This document shows positions 25,150-39,299 of a stretch of DNA of 64,000 bases, one piece after another. A model generated the notes under the pieces. The model had not been told where the DNA came from. It was given only the letters and a program-made list of their open reading frames with translations, and ran no database searches. The DNA is from Octopus vulgaris (lineage: Eukaryota), in assembly GCA_951406725.2 (NCBI GenBank), contig OX597835.1, positions 47,554,001-47,618,000 on the forward strand, written 5' to 3'. A program made the position numbers and the translations under genes. Numbering within the stretch: the stretch's first letter is position 1; every line of letters starts with the position of its first letter.

Positions 25150-27460
25150 AATAATTTCATTTATTTGCCGCAAGGGCGAAGGATGAGACTGACATAAAGT
25201 GTGGAGGTTTACATAAAATAATGAAATGATAAAAACAATGGAAGCAAGTAAATATACAAGGTATACACAGAAAAAGATAGGACATATGCATAGTATAGAA
25301 AGGTGAAGAGAAATGGTGGTGAGGATGATAGAGATGTGGCCTTCCAGGTACAGGAACGCCCTTAGGGATAATCGAGGAACCTCACTGTCCGAGATTTTTC
25401 TGAAACCCTAGGGGCAAGTGCCCTCTCCAATTCCCTCTCTCCGACTCACAGGTCTACACTTAAAGAGGTCTACATCCACTCTTGCCATTTTTGAAACTTT
25501 CACTCACCTTTCAATAAACTCACTCGAAGACAGCACTTCTCTCTCCACTCTCAGTTTCCTTTTTAATTGAAACTGGAAGAAGTCAATGAGAAATCTACCA
25601 AAGAGGAATGTATTTGTCCTCATACCTTTCAGCCTTGTCCACCAAACAACCTCTGTCGCCACAGCCACCAGGCAAAGATAAACTGCTTTGCTTACCCGAC
25701 TGAAGGAGGGCGGCAGTGCAATCATCACTACTGCCTCGGCCGACAGACGGATTCGTCCCACACGTGACAGCAGCTGTTCAACATAACCCCACAAGTCAGC
25801 AATGCCATGACAACCCTTACGTGCCTGTAGAGTTTGTCTTGAAGCAGCAGAGCTCTCCGATAATACTACCAAGCCAAGGATGTCTTGGAATTATCCAAAG
25901 GCCCCGACCCAAATGTCCACCGGATATGACCAGCTAATTGATTCTTCTCAATGCCCAGAGTTTCCCCGAGGACGTTGTCGCTCTTGCCCGTCACTAATTC
26001 CCGTACAGAACGCCAATGTGGAACTTCCACCAACCGCAATGCTCAACTGGCAGAAGGCTGTGAACGTTTGTGACACTCCAAATGCCAAGTGCCCTTTCTC
26101 GATCTACGCTTAGTCCAGGATTGTAGCTCCGTCAATGAGACGAGCTACAGAAAAACCCTGTTAAGGAAACGCTGGAGTGCAACCTCGGCGTATGTCTGCG
26201 CATCATTAGCCACGGCATGCCTAGTCCTCCACTCAGCGGTTGCTGGTTGTCTGACAAGCCGAACACGCCCCTTCCAAAGAAAACGGAAGAGCAAGTGATC
26301 CAGCTTGACCAACCACGAAGCAGGGCAAGGGACGATGGTCGGGCAGTAATAGATGACGGGAGCGATGTATGAATTCCTTATCTCCACCTGAACCTTCAGG
26401 GACAGCTTCCTCTCAGCCCAATTTTGGGTGAAATTGGTCACCCTGTTCGTCACCTCTCCTCAGTTCTTGTCCACCTGAGGGCCCGGATCAAACGGTCCTC
26501 CTTCCATCCAACGCCCTACGACGCTATAAGATGGCATGGACCTGCCCCTCCGGGTGCCGAGCTGCAGGCCTACTGACTTCTGGTTAATCTTATCTCCCAT
26601 CACTGCTTCCTACTCATTTAAGGTCCTGTCGATCATCTTGATCTCCGATATGTCCGACTGTGTTACGGTGACGTCGTCCGCATAAGCTGACACGAACCTT
26701 TTACATCCTGGTTCACGCAGGACGCCCCTTGAAATATCCAAACTTCTTTAGTAATGGCTCGAGAGCTAGCACGTACAGAAGGAGCGAGAGTGGGCATCCT
26801 TGACGGATCGAACATGTGATACTAAACGATTCCAATAGGCGATCATTTATTTTGATCACCCAACAAATGTGTCAGCAATCCAGCCTCTGAAAACGAGACC
26901 GAAACCAGCCGCCGCGAGGACAGCCTCCAAACACTGATGGTTGACCCTATGAAAAGCTTTTAATTGACCCAAATTGATCATGGCTCCACCCATGCTAGAT
27001 CCCTTACCTACCTTCTCTATGTAGTGCGTGAGGTTGAGGTCATCGTGAATATATCTGTTTAGGATAGCGCATGTCTGCGCGTCACCGACAAACTTATCGA
27101 CAAATGCCAATCTCTTGGCTAACACCTTGGCCAAAATCTATTTGTTCCTCCTTGTTTAGGTCCTTTCTCAACCGTACCACCGCGTCACGGATCACACCAA
27201 TGGGAATTTTCCTGTTCTGATGCCAGTTGAGACAACCACCAAGAGAGTACCGAACAAGCTTTGAAACTAAAGTTCTAAGGGCAGACCATCCAGGTCCGGT
27301 GACTTCTCCCTCGTGCAGTCAGTCATCGTGTCCCGTATGTCTTCAGCTTTTATCGGCATTTCGCAGAACTCCGCAATCCCGGCTGAACAGCACAACATAC
27401 CGCCGAGGTAGGAGGTGAAATTCCCCACCCCCCGTCTCCGACTCACCGTGCGTTTTGCAC
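25150..27460 (-). mobile_element. L1/Tx1-clade LINE relic (reverse transcriptase to 3' end, internally deleted)
   Basis: AKVLAKRL...AQTCAI...INLGQLKAFHRVNHQCL (RT, LDQSKAFDRV-like), VRQGCPL, SAYADDV, WAERKLSL..., FRFLWKG; 3' end AATAAA next to (TAT)n. Confidence 0.85.
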
Positions 27461-28007
27461 CACGAACATATATACATGCTACTCGGGGTGCGAATGTATA
27501 TATGTATTTGCTGCTGTTGCAAGTTGGTGCTGTTTTTGTTATTGTTCGTTGTTGATTTAGTTGTGGTTTTGGAGGACCCGGAATTGGTAGTAAGATGGTT
27601 GTATGGTTCCCTGTCGTTTGTTGGGGGGAAAAAAGCTCTCAAATAGCTAGTCTCCCTTTATACCCTTAACCATGACGTGCAGCTCTTCCTATCTCAGAAG
27701 GTGAATGAAGTCTGGGATCTTGTAGATCGTGTCTGGGTTAAAGTGGAGTAACAACTCCACCCCAATCCCAGAACAATTTTCACGTGTCCGCTTCACCCCC
27801 AGGAGGCTGTTTCTCCCTTCCAAAACAATACACGCTAAAATCCACGGTTTTCTATTGTGTATCACAGATGAGATAGCTCATGGTCATACAGATATTTTTA
27901 TGAATGTCTTAGTGCTTACGAACAGAATCATGTTCGGGGAAGATATAGAATTTATTAAAATATGTATTTAGAACACATTATCTGTTTTAGTAAATAGCTC
28001 AATATAA

Positions 28008-28220
28008 GGCAGTGACCCGACAGAAGTGTTATCATGGAGGGCAAAATGCTTTGTGGCTTTTCGTCCGTCTTTACTTTCTGAGTTTAAATTCCGCCGAGGT
28101 CGACTTTACTTTTCATCCTTTCGAGGTCGATAAAATAAGTACCAGTGGAGTACTGGGGTCGATGTAATCAATTCATCACATCGCATCAAAAATTGCTGGC
28201 TTTGTGCCAAAGTTTGAAAT
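28008..28220 (+). mobile_element. SINE family A, diverged
   Basis: AATTCCGCCGAGGTCGACTTTACTTTTCATCCTTTCGAGGTCGATAAA. Confidence 0.82.
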
Positions 28221-28276
28221 CAATATATAACTCAATGTCTAAATATCTGCTATTAAGTGACACTTGACTGTATATA

Positions 28277-28343
<67 letters not shown>

Positions 28344-28351
28344 ACATACAT

Positions 28352-28384
<33 letters not shown>

Positions 28385-28444
28385 TACACACACACATATA
28401 TATGTATGTATGTACATATGTATGCACTCACACACATAAATATA

Positions 28445-29711
28445 CAAGGGTTGGACAAAATAATGGAAACACCTTAAAATTTCAAAGAAATTTATTATAA
28501 TATGGGGTAGGACCGCCTTTGGCAGTAATCACAGCTTGAATTCTACGCGGTATGCATTCATACAAAGTTTGAATTGTTTCCAAAGAATTTTTGTCCATTC
28601 TTCAGCTAAAACTGTCTCCAGTTCTTGAAGTGATGATAGTGGAGGATATCAACTCCTTACTTGTTTTTCTAAAATGCACCATAAATGTTCAATAATATTG
28701 AGATCTGGGGACTGTGGTGGTCAGATAAGATGTTCAGCTTCACTAGAATGTTCCTCGTTCCATCCAGTAACAACCTTATCTGTGTGAATTGGTGCATTTT
28801 CATCCTGAAATATTGCGTTTCCTTCCGGAAACATTTCCGCAAATGTAGGACGAATTTGATCAGATAAAATGCTTAAATAGTCTTGACTATTAATTCTGTC
28901 ATGAATGGAAACCATTGGGCCGGCAGATTCCCCCTCCCCCCGATCATCACAGATTCTCCTCCATGTTTAACAGTTGGAAGAAGGCAGTCTGAGTCTAATG
29001 CTTTTTTTGGCTGTCTTCACACGTATACTCGGCCGGTGGTCGGAAATAAAGTAAAGGATGACTTGTCTGAGAAAATAACATTCTTCTACTGCTCTAGGGA
29101 CCAATTCTGTAGGGTTTTATTCCACTCTAAATGCTTTGCAACGTTTGTTTTTGAAAGTAGGGGTTTTCTAATTGCAGCCCTCTCATGAAATCCGGCTTTG
29201 TGCAGCTCCCGGCGAACAATTTTTGTGGAAACTGGGTTCTTGAGGTGGTTATTAAGCTCTGCAGTAATTTTGGGAGCTGTACTTTCGTGATCCTTTCTAA
29301 CGATTCGCGTAATAGACCCTATCTGCAAGATTTGGTTTTCTTCCGGAGTTTTGTTTCGACGAGGAGGTTTTCCCCTCTTTCTCAAAGGCTGTCATTACTT
29401 TCGAGACAGTACTTCTTGATACACCAAACACTTCAAACACTTCGGCTGTTTTCGTTACGCTGACGCCTGCCATATGAGCACCAACAATTTGACCTCTTTG
29501 AAAGTCCGGCAGATCTGTCATTTTAATGAATTTTAATTACCTTTTTCTGATGATATCTGAAAAGAAGCAGCAATTTTAGCAAAACATATATAGCAACAGT
29601 CATAATAAATCAAAAAACATAAAAAATAAACAAGGATCTGACAGTTTTATAAATATTTCAAAATTATGATGCTATGATGCTAGGTGTTACCATTATTTTG
29701 TCCAACCCCTG
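28445..29711 (-). mobile_element. Tc1-family DNA transposon, full length, transposase frameshifted
   Basis: 30-bp TIRs CA(A/G)GGGTTGGACAAAATAATGG(A/T)AACACCT, TA TSDs; MTDLPDFQRGQIVGAHMAG, RKPLLSKTN, IFQDENAPIH. Confidence 0.95.
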
Positions 29712-30242
29712 TATTTATATATCTTAATAATACTAAAACTCTATAAATGTTTGTGTGTACCTGAAATACCTCAGAAATAGTATATTTCATCTTAATATTT
29801 TTCGCATATGTATTTTCATTACCTTCGACAGTGTAGCACAACTTTTTTTGATATTTGGACGTCTATTTATTAATGAAAACGATTAAACACAATTTTTGTT
29901 TGTTATTTCTTGACGAAAGAAAAAAACATGGCTTCCGTGACGTCAACACTTATACACACATACAGAACACACACACCTATGATGAATGTCATGGTGTGTC
30001 AATCAAGACTAACACACGTCCCCTATCTGTGACATATACACACACATAGTCTTCGCGCTCTTTAAGAAAAAAAATAAAAACGTCGAGTTTTTGACGTACA
30101 CAATATTATAATCGTTTAGAAATATTTTTAACTGAATGTGATTTCAAAAATGTGAGTTGTTTGTACAGTAAGTATTTATCTTTTAGTTTTCTTTAAACAG
30201 ACAATATTTTAATGTTATTTTTATTATTATTTTCAAGTGAAT

Positions 30243-30394
30243 GGCAATCTTTTGCTTTGACTCTGGGAACTGTCATCCAGAGTTCGTTAATTTCCGTAAA
30301 AAAATTTATTTATTTAATTTTGCTTTAAAGAGAAAGAGAGGAGAAAGTTAAAGATGTATGTACGTGTATATGAAATGGACGTGTGTATGTGAAG

Positions 30395-30425
<31 letters not shown>

Positions 30426-30792
30426 AGATGGTAAGAGAGAAAGAGAGAAATGTGAGAGAGAGAGAGTACATCTTTTTTGTATGTACGTGTGTATGTGTGT
30501 GTGAGAGAGAGAGAGTGAGTGAACGTGTGTGTTCTCATGTATGTGTAAGTGGCACTCTCTCTCTCACACACACGCACACACACACACACGCACACACATG
30601 CACACACACACACGCACACACACACGCGCGCGCGCACACACGTCCATTTCAAATACACGTTCATCCATCTTTCACTTTGTCCATTCTTTCACTTTAAAAC
30701 AAAAGGAAATAGATAAAAAACTTTTACGGAAATTAAGAAACGAAACCAGCTGATCCGGATGACAGTTTTGAGAGTCAAAGCGAAAGATCGCC
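30243..30792. mobile_element. Old foldback/MITE-like element with ~140-bp degenerate arms and microsatellite-filled centre
   Basis: Nested complementary blocks: GCTTTGACTCT/AGAGTCAAAGC, AACTGTCATCC/GGATGACAGTT, TTAATTTCCGTAAAA/TTTTACGGAAATTAA, TGAAATGGACGTGTGT/ACACACGTCCATTTCA. Confidence 0.7.
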
Positions 30793-30847
30793 CTGAGGGA
30801 ATACCATAACAAAATTTTTTCGAGTGCATTCAACGAATCTCAGCTTC

Positions 30848-30966
30848 AAAGATTTGGCTGTTGCTTCTAGCACGCCCTGCTACCACGTAATATCTATTTG
30901 TGATAAAGGACCCGAAATGCCTGTTACATGGTAGCGGGGCTAGCAAGAAATACCAGCCGAATCTTT
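30848..30966. mobile_element. Small hairpin element of the AGATTTGGCTGCTATTTCTAGC family
   Basis: AAAGATTTGGCTG/CAGCCGAATCTTT and GCCCTGCTACCA/TGGTAGCGGGGC; same motif at ~2086, 4183/4364, 12900, 18884. Confidence 0.6.
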
Positions 30967-31323
30967 CCTTTTCTGAAGAAAGGAGCTATTTATGCGTGAT
31001 TTCGATGTCACATTCGTTGAAAGCATGCGAAATAACCTGGGAAAAGATAAAAACTCACGAAACAAAACTCCGTTGCTGGGAAACTCAGACTTTCCAGGTG
31101 ACCCAACAGGTCATGGGTAGTCTAGTACACACACACACACGATAGATGTGGTATACTTGATGTGTACTTGAAGTTATCGGAGAAAAGTGTGAGGCAACGC
31201 TGAATGCTGCGAGATTTGAACTCAGAGCGTAAAGGTTTAGAATAAATGCGACAAGTCATTGTTTTCTGGCGCTCTACATATCTGCCAGTCTACATACACA
31301 CACGCTGTCTTTCACACACAACA

Positions 31324-31390
<67 letters not shown>

Positions 31391-31460
31391 ACACACACAC
31401 ACACACACACAGACACACACACAGACACACATACACATGTGTTTCTGTATATATGTGAAT

Positions 31461-31538
<78 letters not shown>

Positions 31539-32786
31539 TATGTAATAAGTGTGTGTGTGTATTTCTATATATGCATGCCTTCATTCAAACATACACACAC
31601 ATACATACATACATACATAACATAACATACATACATACATACATACATACATACATACATACATACATACATACATACATACATACATACACACATACAT
31701 ACATACGTATACATACATAAATACATACGTACATACATACATACATACATACATACATACATACATACACACATACATACATACGTACATACATACATAC
31801 ATACATACATAACATACACACATACATACATACATACATACATACATACATACATACATACATACATACATACATACATACATAACATACACACATACAT
31901 ACATACATACATACATACATACATACATACATACATACATACGTACATACATACATACATACATACATACATAACATACACACGTATACATACATACATA
32001 GTACATGCAAACGTACACACAGTATTCCAAGCATTCCTACAATATTTCCTGCAGACCGTAAAACAGATTCTACAAAAAACCGAAAATCCCTTCTCCTCCA
32101 ACAGAATCACTTTCAAATAACAACATGTTTGTTTGTTTGTTTGGTGGTTGTTCCTATTTTATTTTAAATTCCTTTTTATTGTCCTTCTTCCTTTCTTTCT
32201 CTTGTTCTTTTACCGCTTTTGCCCGCTTCCTCGTTTTACGAAACACTCCTAATTTTAACCAATTGCGGCATCTTTTATAACTGTGTAGAAATTTTATGTA
32301 TTGTCTTTTAGTACCTTTAAGATCTCGCCTTTCTTCCCCTGGTGACATGTTTTACGGTCATTGAGCTTTTATGATCTCAACAACTACAAGACATCGTCAA
32401 CAACTGTCAAAGTGGAATGAGTGGCGATGTTAATTTTCGCTCGCAGATTTCTTCTGCTGCGTTTTCACTTAAACAATATGGCGGAAATGTTGGAAGGTCG
32501 TCGTATGGAAATGTTCAACATCCGTAGAGACCAGCCGAACGTACCGTGTTTCGTGTTTTTATATACCAGACGTTAACTACAGTCAACGCTACACATAACA
32601 AGTGTGTTTGTGTGTAATGTGTGGGCGCGTGTAACTAAGTATGTGTTGCATGTGTGTGAGTGTGTTTGTATGTATGTATGTATGCTTGTACATTAAACAT
32701 TCCACACACACATACATGCAAACACACATATATATTTATACATATATATATAATATATATACATAAATATCTATCTATATATATTA

Positions 32787-32873
<87 letters not shown>

Positions 32874-32877
32874 CCTA

Positions 32878-32926
<49 letters not shown>

Positions 32927-33031
32927 TTGTATATATATGCATATATGTATATATGTGTATATATATCTATATATCTATATGGTTGTATATATATGCATAT
33001 ATGTATATATGTTTATATATATATATATATG

Positions 33032-33075
<44 letters not shown>

Positions 33076-33297
33076 TACAGTTATGTGTGTGTGTGTGTAT
33101 GCGTGTGCGTATGTGTGTATGCATATCTAAATCTCACACACACTTGTGCATATATTACGCTATCATTTCCTGGCTATTAAGCATTTTTATTGGTTGAAAA
33201 TTTGGCGCAAAATGTTCCAAGAGAGAAATTAAATAAGCTGCATTGCCATAACCATTCCTCTATCTCCCTCTTTCTATATATGCATGTATATATATTG

Positions 33298-33359
<62 letters not shown>

Positions 33360-33431
33360 AAACACATATATATATGTATGTATATATATTCATATATACA
33401 TGTGTATATATGTATATACATATATATGCAA

Positions 33432-33464
<33 letters not shown>

Positions 33465-33486
33465 CATATATATACACATATATATA

Positions 33487-33517
<31 letters not shown>

Positions 33518-33549
33518 TGCGGTTTTGAGCACTCATTCCATCGGTCGAC

Positions 33550-33630
<81 letters not shown>

Positions 33631-34340
33631 TACACCGTAAAATGATTTTCTACACCTGAGGAATTCCGGCCTTAATGGTGATAGCCCGGTATTCGGGTCG
33701 AGTGCGTCTCTGGAAATACCCTAGCTTCACACTCTATCTGTGTGTGTGTGTGTGTGTGTGTTTGTGTGTGTGTGTGCGTGCGTGCGTGCGTGTGTGCACA
33801 TTCACGCGCAATCTTATGACAGAAGTTAACCGATGAGGTGAATATACATGTTCCTTCTTTGAGCCACGTGAAATATATAGTCTTAGGTTTATTTCTATGA
33901 AATTTGGATGTGTCCGTTCCCTTTATATTTCGTAATTATACGTTAAGAGCTGTAACTGAATGATGCTGCGTTTAGGCAGAGTTGTGATATTCGGAGCCCT
34001 TCATAATGCCCCTCAATAACTTATTTCTTTATTTTTACATCAACTTGGTAAACGATTGTTACGGTTAGGTACATGTTTCGAAATATTCAGTTCCGACCGC
34101 CTTTGTATCCAATCCCTCGTGACCGACTGCCATGTGTAACTTGAACGCATATGGCATTGTCTTCGTGCTTGAGGGACCGAAACGGGTGACAAATGATACA
34201 TATGCATATATATTTACATAGCTATATATTTACTAAATACGTATATATATATATATACAGCATGTGTGTGTATGTCGGGAGAACTTGGTGTAAACTAATG
34301 TCCTTAAAATAATCATAGATAATTGGTTTATAAATACTGG

Positions 34341-34657
34341 TACTCCGTCGGTTACGACGATGAGCGTTCCAGTTGATCGGATCAATGGAAGAGCTTGCTC
34401 GTGAAATTAACGTGCAATTGGCTGAGTGCTCCACAGACACAGGTAACTTTAACGTAGTTCTCAAGGAGATTGAACGTGACACAGAATATGACAAGGCTGG
34501 CATCTTTGAATTACAGGTAAGACTCATTTTTGCCAGCTGAGTGAATTGGAGCAACGTGAAATGAAGTGTTGCTCAATGACATACGGTGTCGTCGGAAATC
34601 GAACTCACGACCTCACGATCGTGAGTCAAATAATCTAACCACTAAGCCACACGTCTT
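34341..34657 (-). mobile_element. SINE family C
   Basis: Homologous to 4645-4963. Confidence 0.85.
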
Positions 34658-35342
34658 GAAGTATAAATCCAGAGTAATTAAGTGTCTAATTAATAACAAG
34701 GTCGTTAAACTTCAACATGTATTAGCATTGCAGTACATCCAAATGGGATCGACTTGCACGTAGAGACACAAGCGGCCAAAACGATCTTTATGGGGAACAT
34801 AACTTACATAAAAGCAGAATAGCATAAATTTCACGTATAGTTCACCATTTGATTGTGCTCAACAGCTGTTTCATTAAGATAAACACTACTAAATGTATAA
34901 TTACATAATTGTAATACATAATTCATATTACATGAAGCTAGTTTAAATAAAATTAATTATAAAAACTGCTTTTACCTAAATCAACAGGAATATTAAGGGC
35001 CAGTTTAGAGGAACTCGCCAAAGACAGTAAGGGGCAGTTTAGATTGAGTAAAAGTTTCACTTTTAGATAAAGGATGAACACCATATCATCCCATCATCAT
35101 AGTTTTTAATCTGCAAAACAGGTCGCAAAGGAATAACTGTGGCGAAAGGAAAGAAGTAAATATGGTGGATCAGCACATTCCATCGCTAAACTTTGCTGAC
35201 TAATCTAATATATTTGGTTATAGATCGGGGTTAAGAGTCGCATGTCTACACTGTAAACATACGAGTGTATATATACATAAATATCCTCTTGAAGACATAT
35301 TCAAATAGAACTAAATATTTTTGGCATGTATGTGTGTCTGTA

Positions 35343-35374
<32 letters not shown>

Positions 35375-35945
35375 CATTCATATGTATATATATATATATA
35401 TTTACATTCATATATAAATATATTTGTATATATAAATATATATATATATATATGTATATATATGTATTTATATATACAAACACACAAATTAATCAGCATA
35501 TACACGTATCGATTCAATGCTTTTTATGTATATATATATATATATATATATGGATGTGTATATATATATATATGTTTACAAATACTTATACGTACGTTGA
35601 TGAATACACACACACTCACACACATACATAGATATGTATACCGTATACAAAAGAGAGGATCATTATGTTAACAGCAATCCCAATAAAAAGAGATACGCGC
35701 AGAAATATATATTTACAAGGACACAGGGAGCACAAACAATAAAGAAACGCAATTATAAATACACTCACATACAAATATACACACCTACGAATACACACAC
35801 ATACATATACACACGTATATACACAGAGAAATGTATACATATGTACGTGTAGACGTGTGTAAGTATTTCCATACATATATCCGTATATATATACATATAT
35901 ATGTCTATATATACATACATATAAATATATATATATACATATATA

Positions 35946-36101
<156 letters not shown>

Positions 36102-36520
36102 ATATACATATACATGTATCAATACACACTTGCTACTTGGTTAAGAGAACAGGTTACAATAAACTGAGTAGTGTTTATAAACAACCAAATTAAACATGTA
36201 AACAATTATTGTCAACACTCACAAATTCTATTGTTAACATATCTCAACATACAAAGGTGACACCCACCTAGGTTTTATTACATCCTTATATATCTTTCTT
36301 TCGCTCTCTCCCCCTCTTTCTCACTCTGTCTGTCTCTCTGTCTGTGTGTCTGTCTGTCCTCTCTCTCTCTCCCCATGCGCACGCACACTCTCCCTCTCGG
36401 TCTTTCCCAGAAGCGTATATGCCTACAATCGTATATGTATAACATGTACTTCTATGGGAGTGTGTGTATATGGGAATGAGCGTGGATTTGTGCATGTAAA
36501 TATAACCGGAGCACATTTAT

Positions 36521-36601
<81 letters not shown>

Positions 36602-36742
36602 CCAATATATTTATATATATATGTATATATATATATATATATTGTTATATAGACGTATGCGTATAGGCATACCTATATATATATGTGTGTCTAGATGTGT
36701 GCGTGTATATATATGTACATACATATATGCATGTATATACGT

Positions 36743-36773
<31 letters not shown>

Positions 36774-37581
36774 CAACAACAACACACGCACAAACACACG
36801 CATATATATATATATATGTGTGTGTGTATACATATATATTTATATTAATGCATATATATACATGTATACATATTAACCGTAGATGACGGTATGTATGTAT
36901 ATCATTAGAGATTATAAAGTCGAGACTGTGAGAAACCAGTTCACTGAATAATGTTGTTACATGAATAGAAAATAAACTGTGAACGATCAAATCTCACCTT
37001 ATCTCAAAAAATCTGAGATTATTTGACTTTTCTTGTCAACATTCTATAACACGATTCTCTGTCTCTATTTCACTCCGTCTCTAAACATGCCTATACATAC
37101 ATACACACACACACACACACATACACACACATATATACATATATATATATATACATACATACATACATATATGCATACACGTATAACACGTACAAAAATA
37201 CATACATAGCTTCATGCATACATCACACATACGGCCATATATTCATGCCTACATACATAACTTTGTATACTAAGTATACCTACATAATTGCGCGCACATA
37301 TACGTATAGATACTTAGAGATATACGAATGCATACAAACGGAAACGCATACTTTAATAGATATATACATGCGTTCATACACAAATTCGTATCCACATTCA
37401 CGCATTCATACATACAGGAACGCAACAATCCAAGCATACTCCAATGCATATATACATATACATACGTACTTAGATATTTTCGTACATTCATTCAGACATA
37501 AAAACATATATATACATACATAAATAAACACAGATAATACACACACTTACGCATGCGTCACACGCACACTCATACGCACAC

Positions 37582-37655
<74 letters not shown>

Positions 37656-37760
37656 GCACACACATACATATAGACTTACATAGATGCATTTATACGTACT
37701 TATATTCATACATATATACAAACATACACAATACATACATACATAGCTATATATCTATGC

Positions 37761-37796
<36 letters not shown>

Positions 37797-38366
37797 AGAG
37801 AGATAGATAGATAGAGATATATATATAGATATACATATACGCACACAAACACAAATACAAAGATATGTATACGTACCATATGCATATACGTACGTAAAAG
37901 CTTGCATACATACATACGCACATACAGACATACGCACATACATACAAACATACATTCATAATACATACATACATACATAAATACATACATACATACATAC
38001 ATACATACATACATACATACATACACATACATACATACATAAATACGTACATACATACATACATACGCACATACATACCTACATACGTATACACATACAC
38101 ATAGACACACACCATATGTACGTGCGAACATAAATAATGTGGAGAGCGAAAGAGAAGAGAGCAATAAAGCCATCAACAATGTTATGTTTACAAATATTGC
38201 CAGGAAATTGCTTCGTTGAACGAACATTCACGCTGAAACACGCAGACATACCAGATGTATACACCAACGCATACACACTTATGTGCGTGCGCACACACAC
38301 ACAAATACGCATGTACAAACTCATACACCTATATATGTATATATATATATATATACATACATATAT

Positions 38367-38438
<72 letters not shown>

Positions 38439-38670
38439 GTGTGTGTGTTTGTGTGTACATATATATTGACGTATGATTGTATGAGTGAGTGTATGTATTT
38501 TTGAAATCTGAGCAATAGAGTTTTCTCACTGTTGACTCGGCAAAAACCTAATTTAACGCTTATAATCAACATCATTATCATTACGATGTGTTGAAGAATT
38601 TTCTCAGATTTTGGCACGATCAGCGGCGTGTGTATGAGTGTGAGCATGTATGTATGTATAAATGTATGTA

Positions 38671-38703
<33 letters not shown>

Positions 38704-38705
38704 AG

Positions 38706-38745
<40 letters not shown>

Positions 38746-39240
38746 GTATGTATGTAGTTGTATGTATTCATGTATGTATGTGTATGTATGTATGTATGTG
38801 TGTATGTATGTATGTATGTATGTATGTATGTATGTATGTATGTATGTATGTATGTATGTATGTATGTATGTATGTATGTATGTGTGTATGTATGTATGTA
38901 TGTATGTATGTATGTATACGTATGTATATATGTATGTATGTATGTATGCACGCATTTATGTATGTATGTATGTTTGTATGTATGTAGGTATATATGTATG
39001 TATGCATGTAAGTAGTATGTAGGTATGCATGAATGCATACATGTATATATGCATATGTGTATGTGTGTATGTATGTATGTATGTTTGTATGTAGATATGT
39101 ATGTATGTATGTATGTATGTGTATGTATGTATGTATGTATGTATGTATGTATGTGTGTGTATGTATTTATGTACGTATGTATATATGCATGTATTTATGC
39201 ATGTGTGTATGTATGTTTGTATATATGTATGCATGTATGT

Positions 39241-39280
<40 letters not shown>

Positions 39281-39299
39281 ACGTTCACTTGTATTTTTA

